Source: Octopus sinensis (lineage: Eukaryota). From it: 64,000 nucleotides of DNA. A model generated the notes under the pieces. The model did no database searches, was not told where the DNA came from, and worked only from the letters and a program-made list of their open reading frames with translations. The DNA lies in assembly GCF_006345805.1 (NCBI RefSeq), contig NC_043006.1:6076001-6140000 (forward strand), written 5' to 3'. Positions 51,001 to 63,284 of this stretch are shown one piece after another. Numbering within the stretch: position 1 is the first letter of the stretch; every line of letters starts with the position of its first letter. Both the position numbers and the translations under genes were made by a program.

Positions 51001-54000
51001 CAATTTTAAGCTTTTTGCAATTATATGTAAGTGTCATCATTTCAACACAGTTCCTGGCATTTTGGATTCACTTATACCACATCCTTGGAAAAAGTTTCAA
51101 ATTGTAGTTGGAGTGTGTATGGCGAAAATAGAGATTGTTCTTCTCAAATATGAAGATATTACATGTAAAACGTATCAAGCAGGTCAGCTAATCCTTTTAT
51201 GGCTGCTCTGCTCCGAGCGTGTTCGTTGCCAGAGCAGCCAACTAGTTCCGTGCCGGTGGCATGTAAAAGGGCACCATTCGAGCATGATCGTTACCAGCAT
51301 CACCTTACTGGCACCTGTGCTGGTGGCATGTGTAAAAAGATTCGAGCGAGATCATTGCCAGTTCCACCTGACTGGCCCCCATGCCGGTGGCGCGTAAAAA
51401 GCACCCACTACACTCTCGGAGTGGCTGGCGTTAGGAAGGGCATCCAGCTGTAGAAACTCTGCTAGATCAAGATTGAAGCCTGGTGCGGCCATCTGGTTCG
51501 CCAGCCCTCAGTCAAATCATCCAACCCATCCTAGCACAGACGTTAAACAACAACAATGATGATGATGACCATTATAAAAAGGTTACAAAGTTTAGAAATA
51601 AATTATAAAGAGTAAAAGTAGTTAAACCGATTTCTTTAATTTCCTAACAAAGACATAAGCAGTATCATAGGACGCTGAAAAATTATGGAATATGGACTGG
51701 GAGATAAAATGTCAGAGAAAAATCAGATTAATTTCACTGGAAATTCTTTAGGTTGAAAAATACTGTGATTGAGATACATTACTGCAGTGCAATTCCATCC
51801 CACATAAAACAACAGCATTTTAAAAGTTATGTGGATGATGATATTTGTGGTAGAAATAATAATTGTTTCTGATTTAGGTAATAGATCAGTAATTTGGGGG
51901 GAGGTGGGGCTAGTCGATACCATTGACTCCAGTACATGATGGTTACTTTATCAACCTTGGAAGGATAAAAGGCAAACTTGGGCTTTGCAAGAATTGAACC
52001 TGCAATACAAAGAACAAGAACAAATATCACAAGGCATCTTGTCTTGCAGATGCCAGTGCTGTGTTAAAATGCACTCCTACTGGTGCCAAGTAAAATAACA
52101 TCATACCTATTTCTATTTCTTTATTGGCCACAAGGGGCTAAACATAGAGGGGACAAACAAGGACAGACATAGGTATTAAGTCGATTACATTGACCCCAGT
52201 GCGTAACTGGTACTTATTTAATTGACCCTGAAAGGATGAAAGGCAAAGTTGACCTTGGCGGAATTTGAACTCAGAACGTAGCGGCAGACGAAATACTGCT
52301 AAGCATTTCGTGCGGCGTGCTAACGTGTCTGCCAGCTCGCCGCCCTGGTATGACATCATACCAGTGCCACATGAAATGCACTTGTACCACATAAGATGCA
52401 CTCCTGCTGGTGCCAAGTAAAGTGAACTCATGCCAGTCCCATGTAAAATGGACTCATGTCAGTGCCACATAGTAACCCCCATGCTGGTAGCATGTAAAAA
52501 GCACCCAGCACATTCCGTAACTATGAAGGGCATTCAGCTGCAGAAACCATGTCAAAACAAGCAATTGGAGCCTGAACAGCTCTCATGCTGACCAGCTCCT
52601 GCCAAGCAGCATGGAAAACAAATGCTAAACGATGATGATTTTATCCAATGCTCTTATGATTCTACTGGATCGCCACCTCTGTAGCAGTGATATTAATGAT
52701 GATAAAAAAATACTTACCAAAAAACGTTAACAAACCAAGTACATATTCAACATCTAAAATATCTGAATCACAGAGAGTAAGAGCAAAGAGAACCGCAAAA
52801 AAGGCACCACACAACAGAGAACCATACCTGAAATATATGAAGATGGTAGCAAAAATCAAAATCATACAGAGACAAGAGATATAGAGAAGATTTTATTTTG
52901 CAGCTGATAACAGGATCAAATTGTTAGCAAATAGAAAAGAACATCCAGCTTTAGAAGCAATGGCCCTACCATCATCATCATCACTTGGTAAAATATATTC
53001 CCTCCACATTACCAAAAGAAAAAACAAACATAAAACTAACAAGACCAGTAGACACACAGCTGTTTTATGTTAATAACTCATGGATATTGACAAACTTCAG
53101 AGGACCCATGCAGTAAGGATTACTGATATCAGTAGAGAGAATTCAGGGTACAAACATATGGTTCTAATGTTATAGTTACTCAAATATAAGTGCATACATG
53201 GAAACTGAAAGACACCTGTCTTATATGTATACACACATATGGGGAGAGTTTACGAAAAAAACAAAAGACGAAGACAGGTGGTGTACAAAACAAACAGATG
53301 TATTAGTATAACGCTCAGGAATAGAAACAGTCTTTTACGTTTCGAGCCTACGCTCTTCTACAGAAAGGGACACAGAAAAAACAAGAGAGAAAAAAAACAC
53401 ATATACACACATATGCACGGGTGTGAGTATGTTAGTGTCCCCTTCTTTTGACTCTACAGTTGTAACTGAGTGTCACTGTCATACAAGCAGCATACACACA
53501 CACACACACACTCTCATAGTATATTTGGTAGTGGAAAAATTACTGAATCTTTTGATACACTATACATCAAAATGGGCAAGCCAATTTTCGAATGCACAAG
53601 GAACATACGCGCACACACACACACTTTCTCTCTCTCACTTTTAGAACATACGTAAGGTATGAAACATCAGTATTTCTCTGTCATCCGCTATCCCTATTTT
53701 TCATCTTCTCCTATAGAAACGTGTTCTCTGTCTCAGTTTCTTCCTCTTGTCTCTCTGTCTTTTTCTCATTTTGTGTTTCTATCACTCATTCTGTAAAAAT
53801 TTATTTCTTTATGCTTTGAAGAGAGCAAAAATTGAAAGAAGAGAAAGCAAAGAGGGGAGAGAAAAGCAGAAAGTGAAGGAGATGAGAAAGTGAAAGATGT
53901 ATGTGCGTGTATATGAAATGGATGTGTGTGGCCATGTGTGCGCATGTGTGAGAGAGAGAAAGAGAGAGTGAGTGAGTGAGTGAAGGTGTGTGTTGTGATG

Positions 54001-57000
54001 ATTGATGTCTTTTAAGGTACATACACATACAGAAAATGTGACGTCACTGTCATCGTCGTATAAAATGTTTACAATAGTTGATTTATGGAAAAAATTATAA
54101 TGGTAAATTTTTTAAATGCAAATATGTGAATGAAAATCAAGTTTAGTTTGTAGCCGAAATAGTACTGAATCTCTTAATACCCCATATGTCAAAATCGGTA
54201 ACTCGGTTTTGGAATGCATAAGGAATATGTATATATATATTTATATTGGACAGACTTCTTCCAAACTGAAATTACAACAGAGATGTAATACTGATATAGT
54301 GTAAGAGGTAAGAGATTACTCCAGGCTTGCATTAGGAAAGAAGTTGAAAATTTTTTTGGCCCATGACACCCTAAGTAAGGCATGTGTAAAATTTGAATGA
54401 AATTGAAATCGGTTGTGTAATTCTCAAGTTTTAGGGATTCACACACACAGACACACATTCTCATCTTTATATATATACAGATACATACACAAATACATTC
54501 ACTGAGCAAAAACTAGTCTAACAAGTTTACAAAACTGAGTGAAAACTTCAACTTACTTTGCAAACAATACAAACATGGGTGAAGTGAAGATACTCATGTA
54601 AGCAACAGCAGGCTTATATCCTCGGCTCAACCTGCAGCAGAAAACAACACAAACTAAAAAAAACTCTTCAAGAGTTATGATATTTCAATGAGATTTTAGG
54701 TAAAAAATAACACTTTATTGTGTCTGGAGAGAGTCATTTTCTTTTTGTGCCTTATAATGTAACACAGTCACCAGTAAAATTTCCACTTTTTTGTTATTTT
54801 TATTGTCCTAAAATTTTAGGACAATAAAAATAAGAAAAAAGTGGAAATTTTAGGAAAATAAAAATAAGAAAAAAGTGGAAATTTTACTAGTGAGTGTGTT
54901 ACATTATAAGGCACAAAAATAAATGACTCTCCCCAGACACAACAGAATATGCTTCAACACACGAACTCATATAAAGAATCTTGCAAACCAAATCCCAAAA
55001 TGAAATAACACTTTAATTTATTTAATATTTCAACTTGAGCTGGTAATTTTTCAATATGAGCATGACCAGTTTTGCAACATTAGATAACTGCAAGAATAGT
55101 TGCCACTGCCATTATGCAGTCTTTGACAGTTCTGAATGAACAGACCCACGGAGCTGATCAAGTCCTCAGCAACACATGACATTTGTTTAATATGTTTCAG
55201 TCTGATCTCATTGCACACCCTTAACTCTGTCAGGCACAGTTTAAGGCCATCCACACCAGTAGTTGTTATCAATAAGAATGCTTGCTTTAATATGTCCTTG
55301 TATCATTCAATATAATTAATATCCTCAGATCGTTAAGGCGGCAGTGAGCAGACAGAATCATTGGGATGCCAGGCAAAAATGCTTAGCAGCCTTTTTGAGT
55401 TTAAATGCTGCTGAGGTCAACTTTGCCTTCCATACTCTCAAGGTCAATAAAATAAGAACCAGTTGAGGACTTGGGTCAATGTAAACAATTTACCCCCCCC
55501 CCCAAACTTCCTGGCTTTGTGCCAAGATTTGAAACCAATATCTCAGATCATGACTTAATAGACAAAGTCTATATTGATGGGTGATATTGGTCCTTCAAAA
55601 AGATACACAGAATCAAGTCAAAAATAGGGCCAACTACATTTGTGCTAAAAACAGAAACAAACGGAAAGATACCAAATATCTTTAGAACTTACCGAACTTG
55701 GAATTCATGATCTAATTCATTAAAATGACGCAAATACAACCGAGCATAATTAGACCTACAAAGGAAAGGAAATTTAACACATTCAGTGATTCTAAAACAG
55801 ATATTAAACAACTCTAAATCAGATAACTAACCTTCTATGTATAAACCATACAATTCAAATTCTCATGTCATTTGTAAGCTAATGTTGTGCTCATGAAGTA
55901 GTTTCTTATATTTTAACTGAATCTCATGTTAGTGTAGTTCAAAATGCAGTTTAGGTATCTACGTACTTTAGTACAGGGTGGTGTATTGATGTAACTTGAA
56001 GAAAACCGAACATTTCCAACAGCACAAACTTCACACAATCATGAGGATTTGATGGAAGGACTATATTACTAATGAAGAGGTTCTGCACTGGGCCGGACTG
56101 CCCAGCATTGAAGCTACCATGAAACAATACCACCTCCGCTGGTTGGGAAACACCATACGGTTGCTTCAAATGTGTCTCCATTGTCAACTCCTCTTTGCAG
56201 AGTTGACCTCAGGCACCAGACCATGCAGAGCCCTTAAATTCCATTTCCAAGATCAGCTCAAGGCCACACTCCTCCACTGCTCTACTGACTCAAATACCTG
56301 GGAGACAATCACCAAGGACCACCCAAAGTGGTGGCATGTCATTGCCAAGGGAACGGATCAGATGGAAAATAACAGTTGTCAAGATGCAGAGATCAGATGT
56401 TGAAGACACAAAGAGTAGCTCGCACTTCCTCGTCCCCTACCAACCTTCTTCTGTGATAAATGCATCTGGTCCTTCTATGCTGCCCTTGGCCTGAAAAGCT
56501 ACCAGCACCCATCGCAATGAAGAGGCTCAATCATTTGCTAGAGATCAATTAGTCAGATACGAGTTAACAATGACGTTAGTATTGATGTGTTTCACAAATT
56601 ATGTCCAATAAAGGTCATTGATTTCTTACACAGTACAAGAAGTAAAAAGCACCCACTACACTCACAGAGTGGTTGGCGTTAGGAAGGGCATCCAGCTATA
56701 GAAACACAGCCAGATCAGACTGGGCCTGGCACAGCCTTCTGGCTTCCCAGACCCCAGTTGAACCATCCAACCCATGCTAGCATGGAAAATGGACGTTAAA
56801 CGATGATGAATATGAAGAATTGAAATTTTGTGATATTCTTCCATAATGAACCAAAATATCTTCATTCAGGAAGTCAGGAAGTTCAGTTTATGACAATTGA
56901 TGGTACCATCATTGACACCATTTTCTTTTTTCTCTTATTCTCCATGCTTGTATGAGGGGCATAGGTCTTCTCTAGCACAGCATCTCACTATTTTTCACAA

Positions 57001-60000
57001 TCTACCAAGTCTCAGTCTTCCTCTTCCATAAATTCTTTCTATTTGAAATGCCCAGCATTTCTAGACCAAATGGTGACCCACTGCTCTTTCCCACTCTTAC
57101 AAACCCATTGTCCATACCAGCTCAGTCTCCTCACTTTGCATCTGATGCTTCTTACACCTCGTTTTTCTTTCTACTCATCTGGGTCCTATCATTTACACAG
57201 AATAACATTTCGCATCCTGCAGAGCATGCATGCTCTACATTCAGTCCCATGTTTCACCAACATGCAACATTGCACTACATACACATCTATCATACAATCT
57301 ACTCTTCACTCAAAGAGAGAATCCCCATGTTGCCATCGTTCCTTGAAGTTTCTCCACTCTATTTTTACTCTGGCTACAATGATTTCAGAACACTTGAATG
57401 TCCGCTTTCCATGCTAGCATGGGTGGACGATTTGACTGAGGTCTGGCGAACCAGACTTCAATCTGATCTGGCAGAGTTTCTACAGCTGGATGCACTTCCT
57501 AACGCCAACCACTCCGACAGTGTAGTGGGTGCTTTTACGTGCCACCAGCACGAGGGCCAGTCTGGCGGTACTGGCAACGGCCACACCCAAATAGTGCTTT
57601 TTATGTGCCATCTGCACAGGAGCCAGTCCAGCGGCACTGGCGACGACCTCGCTCGAATGTTTCATGTGCCACCAGCACAAGTGCTAGTAAACACCTGCAA
57701 ATTAAGTTACCTAGATAAGAAAATTTACCAACTACTTTTAAGGAGTCTTTGAGTATTTAAATCATTTATTCCATGAGTGTTCTGACTGCTAGCTACACCT
57801 TTACTGAGCTCCATTGATGCATAAACTACACACAGAGCCTAACATATTTCTAAAAATGCTGAATATATTGAATTTAAGAAAAACAGAAAAGATATAAATG
57901 CCAATTCTTACCATCTTCGTAGTCCCAACTGACCAGGGTCCCGCTTCACCAGCTGAAATTTTAAACAGAAAATGAAGAACAGATTTAACTTTCGGGAAAC
58001 TCACTAAAGAAATCTCGTGTATTAAAGCCTTAAAACTGTGATTCTTTTAAATGAACCATTTAAGCATGTGACTCCATGAAGTCATTCTTTTGGGAATACA
58101 CCCTGCCACAGTCTACCATATGAACAGCATTATAATAAAAGGACAACGTTCGGATCCATAAGAATGAATTCCATAGTTGATCGAAAATGCTGTTTAATTC
58201 ATTTATTAATTGTATTGATTCAGTTTTATCAACATTGAAAGAGCAACAAATATTTAGTCTGTCACATTTACTTATTATTCACTGTTCAATAAAATAAGCA
58301 AGTAAATTCAGAAGTAGAGTCCACAGTGATCCGTAGGTAGGAGAGGTGTAGCCGGAGGGTAAATGTCCAAACGAGAATCCGTAAAGGGTAGATAGACTTT
58401 GTTATCTCCCCTACTTCTTCCTTCTCGTGTGTGACCCTCCTGTTCGAAGTCAGTTGCCATGATAGATCGTTAGCCACTACACACATTTTTTCTCTCCTTG
58501 TTTTTTTTCTGTGTCCTTTCTGTAGAAGAGCGTAGGCTCGAAACATAAAAGACTTTTTCAATTCCTGAGCGTTATACTAATACATCTGTTTGTTTTGTAC
58601 ACCACCTGTCTTCGTCTTTTGTTTTTTTCATAAACTCCCCCAAGTAAATTCAAAGTTGGCATTTAATTATTAACCCTAATGCTATATTTTAAGATATCAG
58701 GTCAAATTTAATGGGGTGTATATAAAGGAATTGATCATCACATGTTTTTAGTATATTGTTCATAAACTCTGGAAGTAATGGCAACTTGGTAAAGAGGAAT
58801 GTGAAGAGGCAGGCTGGAAAGCAGAACATTTTCCAATCGATGTCGGATGTAGAGGGTTCATTGGACACAGTGTGAGATGACTGTTGTTATCGCTAGGCCT
58901 AACTCATCGTAAAGTCAATACCACCATGACCGATATCCAAACCACAGTGGAAAAGGCTGGCCACTGGATTTGGCTAAAAAGAGATGATGAGCGATAGCTA
59001 TAAGAATATTGAGCTATATTTAGTAACCATTTGATCTAGCAAGCGGGGCATCATATCAGTGAGGGGGGCCGGTGCGCATTGATGCCGTCGAGAGGTAGGC
59101 CCCGAAACAGCGTGCATTCTCTCCTGATGACCCCATACACTTGCTGGCTTCCGGTATGCGGAGTTTTTGACTGGTAGCACTTGCATGTGCAAGTTGTTTG
59201 CAAGACATATACTAAAGGTCTCACTCATTTCAGTTTTGATCATTTCTCATCACAATCTATAATTACGATGCGAGATTCAAATTTAACTGATTCGTAGAGA
59301 ACAGAACAACAGCAATAAAATAGCAATGAATTGAACGAACCTCTGTGTATCTAAAAAAGGTGTACATAATCTGTAGTCCAAATATGATTGGACATAGGAC
59401 AAAGTTACCAATGGCCATCCATAAGATCTGACGACTGAGTCTGTAAAGATATCAAAACAACATTAAAACATTTTTAACATCAGCAAATCTATAACATATA
59501 ATTTGTATTAGGAATATTAAATTTCTAAATATCTCAGAGAGATATGAGCGGTGGTGGAACGATAGAGCAGTTGTATATTGTCAACTTAACGTGACAGTCC
59601 CATAAAGGGAATCACACCACCGTTATTTAGCCCTAGGAAGCATGAACGCTTCCTGTCGGCTTTGACACATTTCGTGTGTCCTTATGTTTACAAAGGGGAG
59701 ACAAGTATCTTCAGCTAGCAGGCCATGCTACTCCAGACTGATGACGAGCAAGACTCAGAAACTAGTCTCTGGATGTAGGCTTAGCTGGGTGATGGTGCTT
59801 GTCTCCCCTTTGTACACATGAAAACACAGGAAATGTGTCAAAGCTGACAGGAAGCATTGATGCTGACCATGCCAGTATAGAAAGTAGATGTAAAATAATG
59901 ATGGTGGTGGTGGTGGTGGTGATGATGAAGAAGAAAAGTCTTTATAGCTGTAATAGAAACAATCTTTTTATCTACTCACCTTTTGGCTAAGTCTTTTCGT

Positions 60001-62386
60001 TTATGGATATTTTTATATTCACTTTTAAGGTGCCAATGGTCAAATGGTGCCCAAGGACTGTCTGGAATATTCAAGAACAAAAATGCTAATTTTCAACCTC
60101 TATTAATAAAGGATTAAAAGATTTTTAAGATAAGACTTCCATTTTATAGTGGAAGTGAAATTACATTTATGTTATTCACAATAAATTAAGTGACATTCAA
60201 AGAGAAAAATCAAAGCCAATGCATAGATTCAAGTTGATAGAAGCCTACTAGTGTGGTAGTGCAATTTCAAAACTAGTAATTAGTGGTTGAAAAACTGTAA
60301 AATACAAATTACTAATTGGAAAACAGTTTGAAATTTATAAACGCATCAAAGTAATTTAGTAATATATACAGAGGTAAACAGGACTCTAAATGTTATTTAG
60401 TGTAATTGTTTTACCAAGTAAATGACCTAATTAGTTTCCAAGCAAGTGACCTAATTTACCAACAAATCATCTAATTAGTACTAGCAGCAGCAAAATAATT
60501 AGGTTGCAAAGAATATGGAAGAATTTTCAAGAATCATCAATTTTCTTGATGCCAAAAGAAATTCTCTCACTGTACAAAGTGTACATCATATGATAGTGGA
60601 GGCACATGGCCTAGTGGTTAAAGCAGCAGACTCTCAGTCAAGGGGTTGCGGGTTCGAATCCCAGACCGGGCGATGTGTGTGTTTATGAGCAAAACACCTA
60701 AGCTCCACATGGCTCCAGCAGAAGGTAATGGCGAACTTCTACTGTCTCTTTTGCCACAACTTTCTCTCACTCTTTCCTCCTGCATCTTGCAGCTCACCTG
60801 CGACGGACCGGCGTCCCGTCCAAGTGGGGAACCTATACGCCAAGGAAACCAGAAAACCGGCCCTTATGAGCCAGGCATGGCTTGAGAAGGAAGGAACATC
60901 ATATGATGCAAGAGCAGCGGTTTAGGGGATCAAACTGACCCTGGTACTCCTTCGAAAGCAAAAAAAATGGAAAAAAATAAATAAATAAAAACACAGCCAG
61001 ATGAGATAGAGGTAAGGGTTTTAGGGGTTTTTAATGTTTATCTTTACAATCAACCAGCCAAAGTGATTATGGACATTATATGGACATCAAAATAATCTCC
61101 AATTGCTTGTCTTCCAAACAGTCATTATTTTCCAATATAAAAACAGAGAATATAGTGAAATGGAAACAATATAGCCTGGCTTCCAAACATATAGATAGTA
61201 TGGCAAAATAGGCTCAATATGGCCTGGCTGCCAAACTGTACCCAACATAGCAAAACACAGAACAGTAGAGTATACAGAACAATTCTTAAGTTACCACAGA
61301 ACTATTTATTTTGTTTGAAGAGAAATACATAAATACTTACAGAATAATATGATTTCAATATTTGTCTTTAGAGCAGTACTCAAAAATACACTGAAACGAA
61401 ACAAAGACACATTAGGTTAATGTAAATATCGAAAACAAAGCTTAAAAAAGGCTTCAGCTCCTGACTATTGCTAATTCTTAATGAAACTCAAATAAAACTC
61501 ACAATAGAGAACTTTCCCCACAACTGGACAGTACTTCTGCAATATTTGTTGACATTCTAGACTACATCCATAAAAGACTGCTTCACATATAATGTGTGTG
61601 TGTGTGTGTGTGTGTGTGCGTGCATGTGCACACGCATAGTAGTTGGGTGTATATTCATCAGATGTGTTTGAGTGTATATTATCAAGGGACTTGATACTGA
61701 GGACAAAATGTTTTTATATAGGAAAAGATTCGAGCAAGGTCGTTGCCAGTACCGCCTGACTGGCCCCGTGCCAGTGGCACATAAAAGCACCCACTACACT
61801 CTCAGAATGATTGGAATTAGGAAGGGCATCCAGCTGTAGAAACTCTGCCAGATCAGACTGGAGCCTGGCACAGCCATCTGGTTCGCCAGCCCTCAGTCAA
61901 AATCATCCAGCCCATGCTAGCATGGAAAGCGGACGTTAAACGATGATGAATTATTAATATAAGGGCAGTAGATTGACAGTATTGTCAGAGCATTGAAGTA
62001 TTTGCTCTAGTTCCTTAGATTCTGAGGTCAAATCACACTAAGGCCAAACTTACCTTTTACCCTTCTGGAATCAATAAAATAAAACCTCAGTCAAATGCTG
62101 CGGTCAATTTAATTGACTAATCTCTCCCTTCATATTTCTCGTCTTGTGCTTCTGGTAGAAATGATTAACCGATATGACAGAATGGGAGACAAATTAAAAG
62201 CTATGTGGTATTTAGTTCCAAGCCTTTAGGTTCTAAGCTCAAATCATGCCAATGTCAACTTTGCTTTTTATAGTTCAGGGGTAAATAACACAAAGTACCA
62301 GTCAAGTACTGGGGTCAATATAATCCACTAACCCTCTTCCTCTAAAACTGCTGGCCTTGAGCCAAATCTATAACCATCATCTTCAC

Positions 62387-62426
<40 letters not shown>

Positions 62427-62897
62427 ATTATTATTATTATTATTATTATTCAGTAGTTTTATTTTTATAGCGTGCTTTCACTTCACTACCGAGCGCAGCT
62501 CTGTGTGCCTTGGGTATGTGCTGTGATTTGTTGTGATGCTCTGATGGTTATTGTATGGAAAGTGTTCTGCGTAGGATGTGTGCAGTGCCTAGTAGTGCAA
62601 TTTTCTGTATGTTATATGTGTTTGTAAGTCCTGGTGTTTTTGTTATGTATTTGTCTGAATATTTTTTTATCATGCCTAATGTACCTTATTATTATTATCA
62701 TTATTATTGTTATTATTATTATTATTATTATTTATATTATTATTATTATTATTATTAACAATAAGATGGAAGCATATGTAATAAAACCAACACTTACCAC
62801 TCTCCAACAAACGGAAGTCGGAATCTGAGAGGCAACAGTGATTTATTGATCATTGCTATCATGTAGTTTTTGAATCTCAAAATTCTATGATAGATGT
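42053..62897 (-). CDS. ATG9: Autophagy-related protein 9 (ATG9A-like lipid scramblase), last 14 coding exons; 5' part lies beyond the right edge
   Basis: Exons 62798-62897, 61341-61390, 59980-60061, 59341-59440, 57912-57952, 55693-55755, 54557-54631, 52718-52827, 50454-50494, 49060-49194, 47226-47405, 45715-45801, 45162-45228, 43127-43245 and 42053-42757 (the terminal exon plus 14 upstream exons) are all GT-AG and phase-consistent. Motifs: DIYHRILRFKNYM, YLRHFNELDHE, RDEFAQLFQY, EELLSPIVTP, DFMRNFTVDVVGVGDVCSFAQMD, QQAEDSKTELSLIHF, EMGLSALYIH. Confidence 0.96.
44700..45006. mobile_element. Penelope-like pseudo-LTR fragment with inverted arms (second copy at 54715-55006)
   Basis: Arms TTGTGTCTGGGGAGAGTCATTTTC...CCTAAAA and TTTTAGGAC...CCCAGACACAA, with a hammerhead-like fold at 44868-44913. 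Confidence 0.6.
45376..45604. mobile_element. piggyBac-like MITE (related decayed copies near 6660-6906, 22815-23100 and 25230-25446)
   Basis: TTAA|CCCTTT...AAAGGG|TTAA termini. Confidence 0.75.
46070..46768. mobile_element. About 700-bp palindromic foldback element (MITE)
   Basis: About 310-bp arms pair almost end to end, e.g. AAACAGTTTGAAACTTCGTATACTGGTGTAATTTCTCATG and its reverse complement at about 46683-46722. Confidence 0.9.
49255..49590 (-). mobile_element. CR1-type LINE 3' end (older copy at 43985-44200 +)
   Basis: RRGHAYKVRKQHSSHDFRKHFFTLRVAEAWNKLPASVV...SFK is the ORF2 C-terminus; (TTA)n tail. Confidence 0.85.
49655..50130 (+). mobile_element. RTE LINE ORF C-terminus joined to the abundant GGCACGTAAAAAGCACC 3' UTR
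   Basis: KLGLRGIRCCVQERRPCWFGHVMHMDEDS...VEGTCGRGR...W..VVRKDLQMLGL is followed directly by the repeat tail. Confidence 0.85.
50161..50384. mobile_element. piggyBac-like MITE
   Basis: TTAA|CCCTTTCGTTAC...GTAACAAAAGGG|TTAA. Confidence 0.8.
50578..50900 (-). mobile_element. RTE-clade LINE 3' end (related decayed fragment at 55950-56570 +)
   Basis: WETLAADRSSW...FCLTCARGFLARIGLTSHLRSH C-terminal CCHH motif; (TTA)n tail. Confidence 0.8.
53239..53400 (-). mobile_element. Penelope-like pseudo-LTR fragment with hammerhead fold (second, longer copy at 58300-58642 +)
   Basis: The two copies align in opposite orientation, and both contain CUGUAGA-A-GAGC-GUAG-GCUC-GAAAC(G/A)UA. Confidence 0.65.
58775..59150 (+). 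mobile_element. Restriction-like-endonuclease LINE 3' fragment (HERO/NeSL-like)
   Basis: EECEEAGWKAEHFPIDVGCRGFIG...LLLSLGL...VEKAGHWIWLKRD, with one in-frame stop. Confidence 0.7.
59728..59778 (+). ncRNA. Minimal hammerhead ribozyme fold, canonical core and GUC triplet
   Basis: UCCAGA-CUGAUGA-cGAG-caaga-CUCa-GAA-ACUAGU-C-UCUGGA. Confidence 0.7.
62451..62687 (-). mobile_element. R4/Dong-like LINE 3' end inserted in a (TAA)n microsatellite
   Basis: GTLGMIKKYSDKYITKTPGLTNTYNIQKIALLGTAHILRRTLSIQ* plus 3' UTR; (TTA)n at 62387-62450 and 62688-62757. Confidence 0.8.
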
Positions 62898-63284
62898 CTG
62901 TAAGAGAGAATGAAAACACAATATACAGGGTAAGAATACAAAGAGGCCTATACTCATGACTAACAAAGAATTCAGTCTTTGATGTTCAGCCAGAGTAGAG
63001 GGGTTTTCAAAACATAAACTGCTGGTGCAAAAATAATTGTGTATTTGTTATATATTTATTTTGATATAAACTTTTTAGAAAATAAACTTTTAACTATGTT
63101 CAGGTAAGAAACCAGTTCTGAAGCACAGATTTCAGTTCGATTTATGCTGTTTCTCTTTTGTTTTTAGTCTTTATTTTTGTTATTTTATCTTAGACTGTCT
63201 AAAAAAAAAATTCAAGCAATTTTATTGTATGGCTTTAAAATGGAATGCAAACTGGTGTAAACTGCTAGCATTTAGTCAAGGGAT

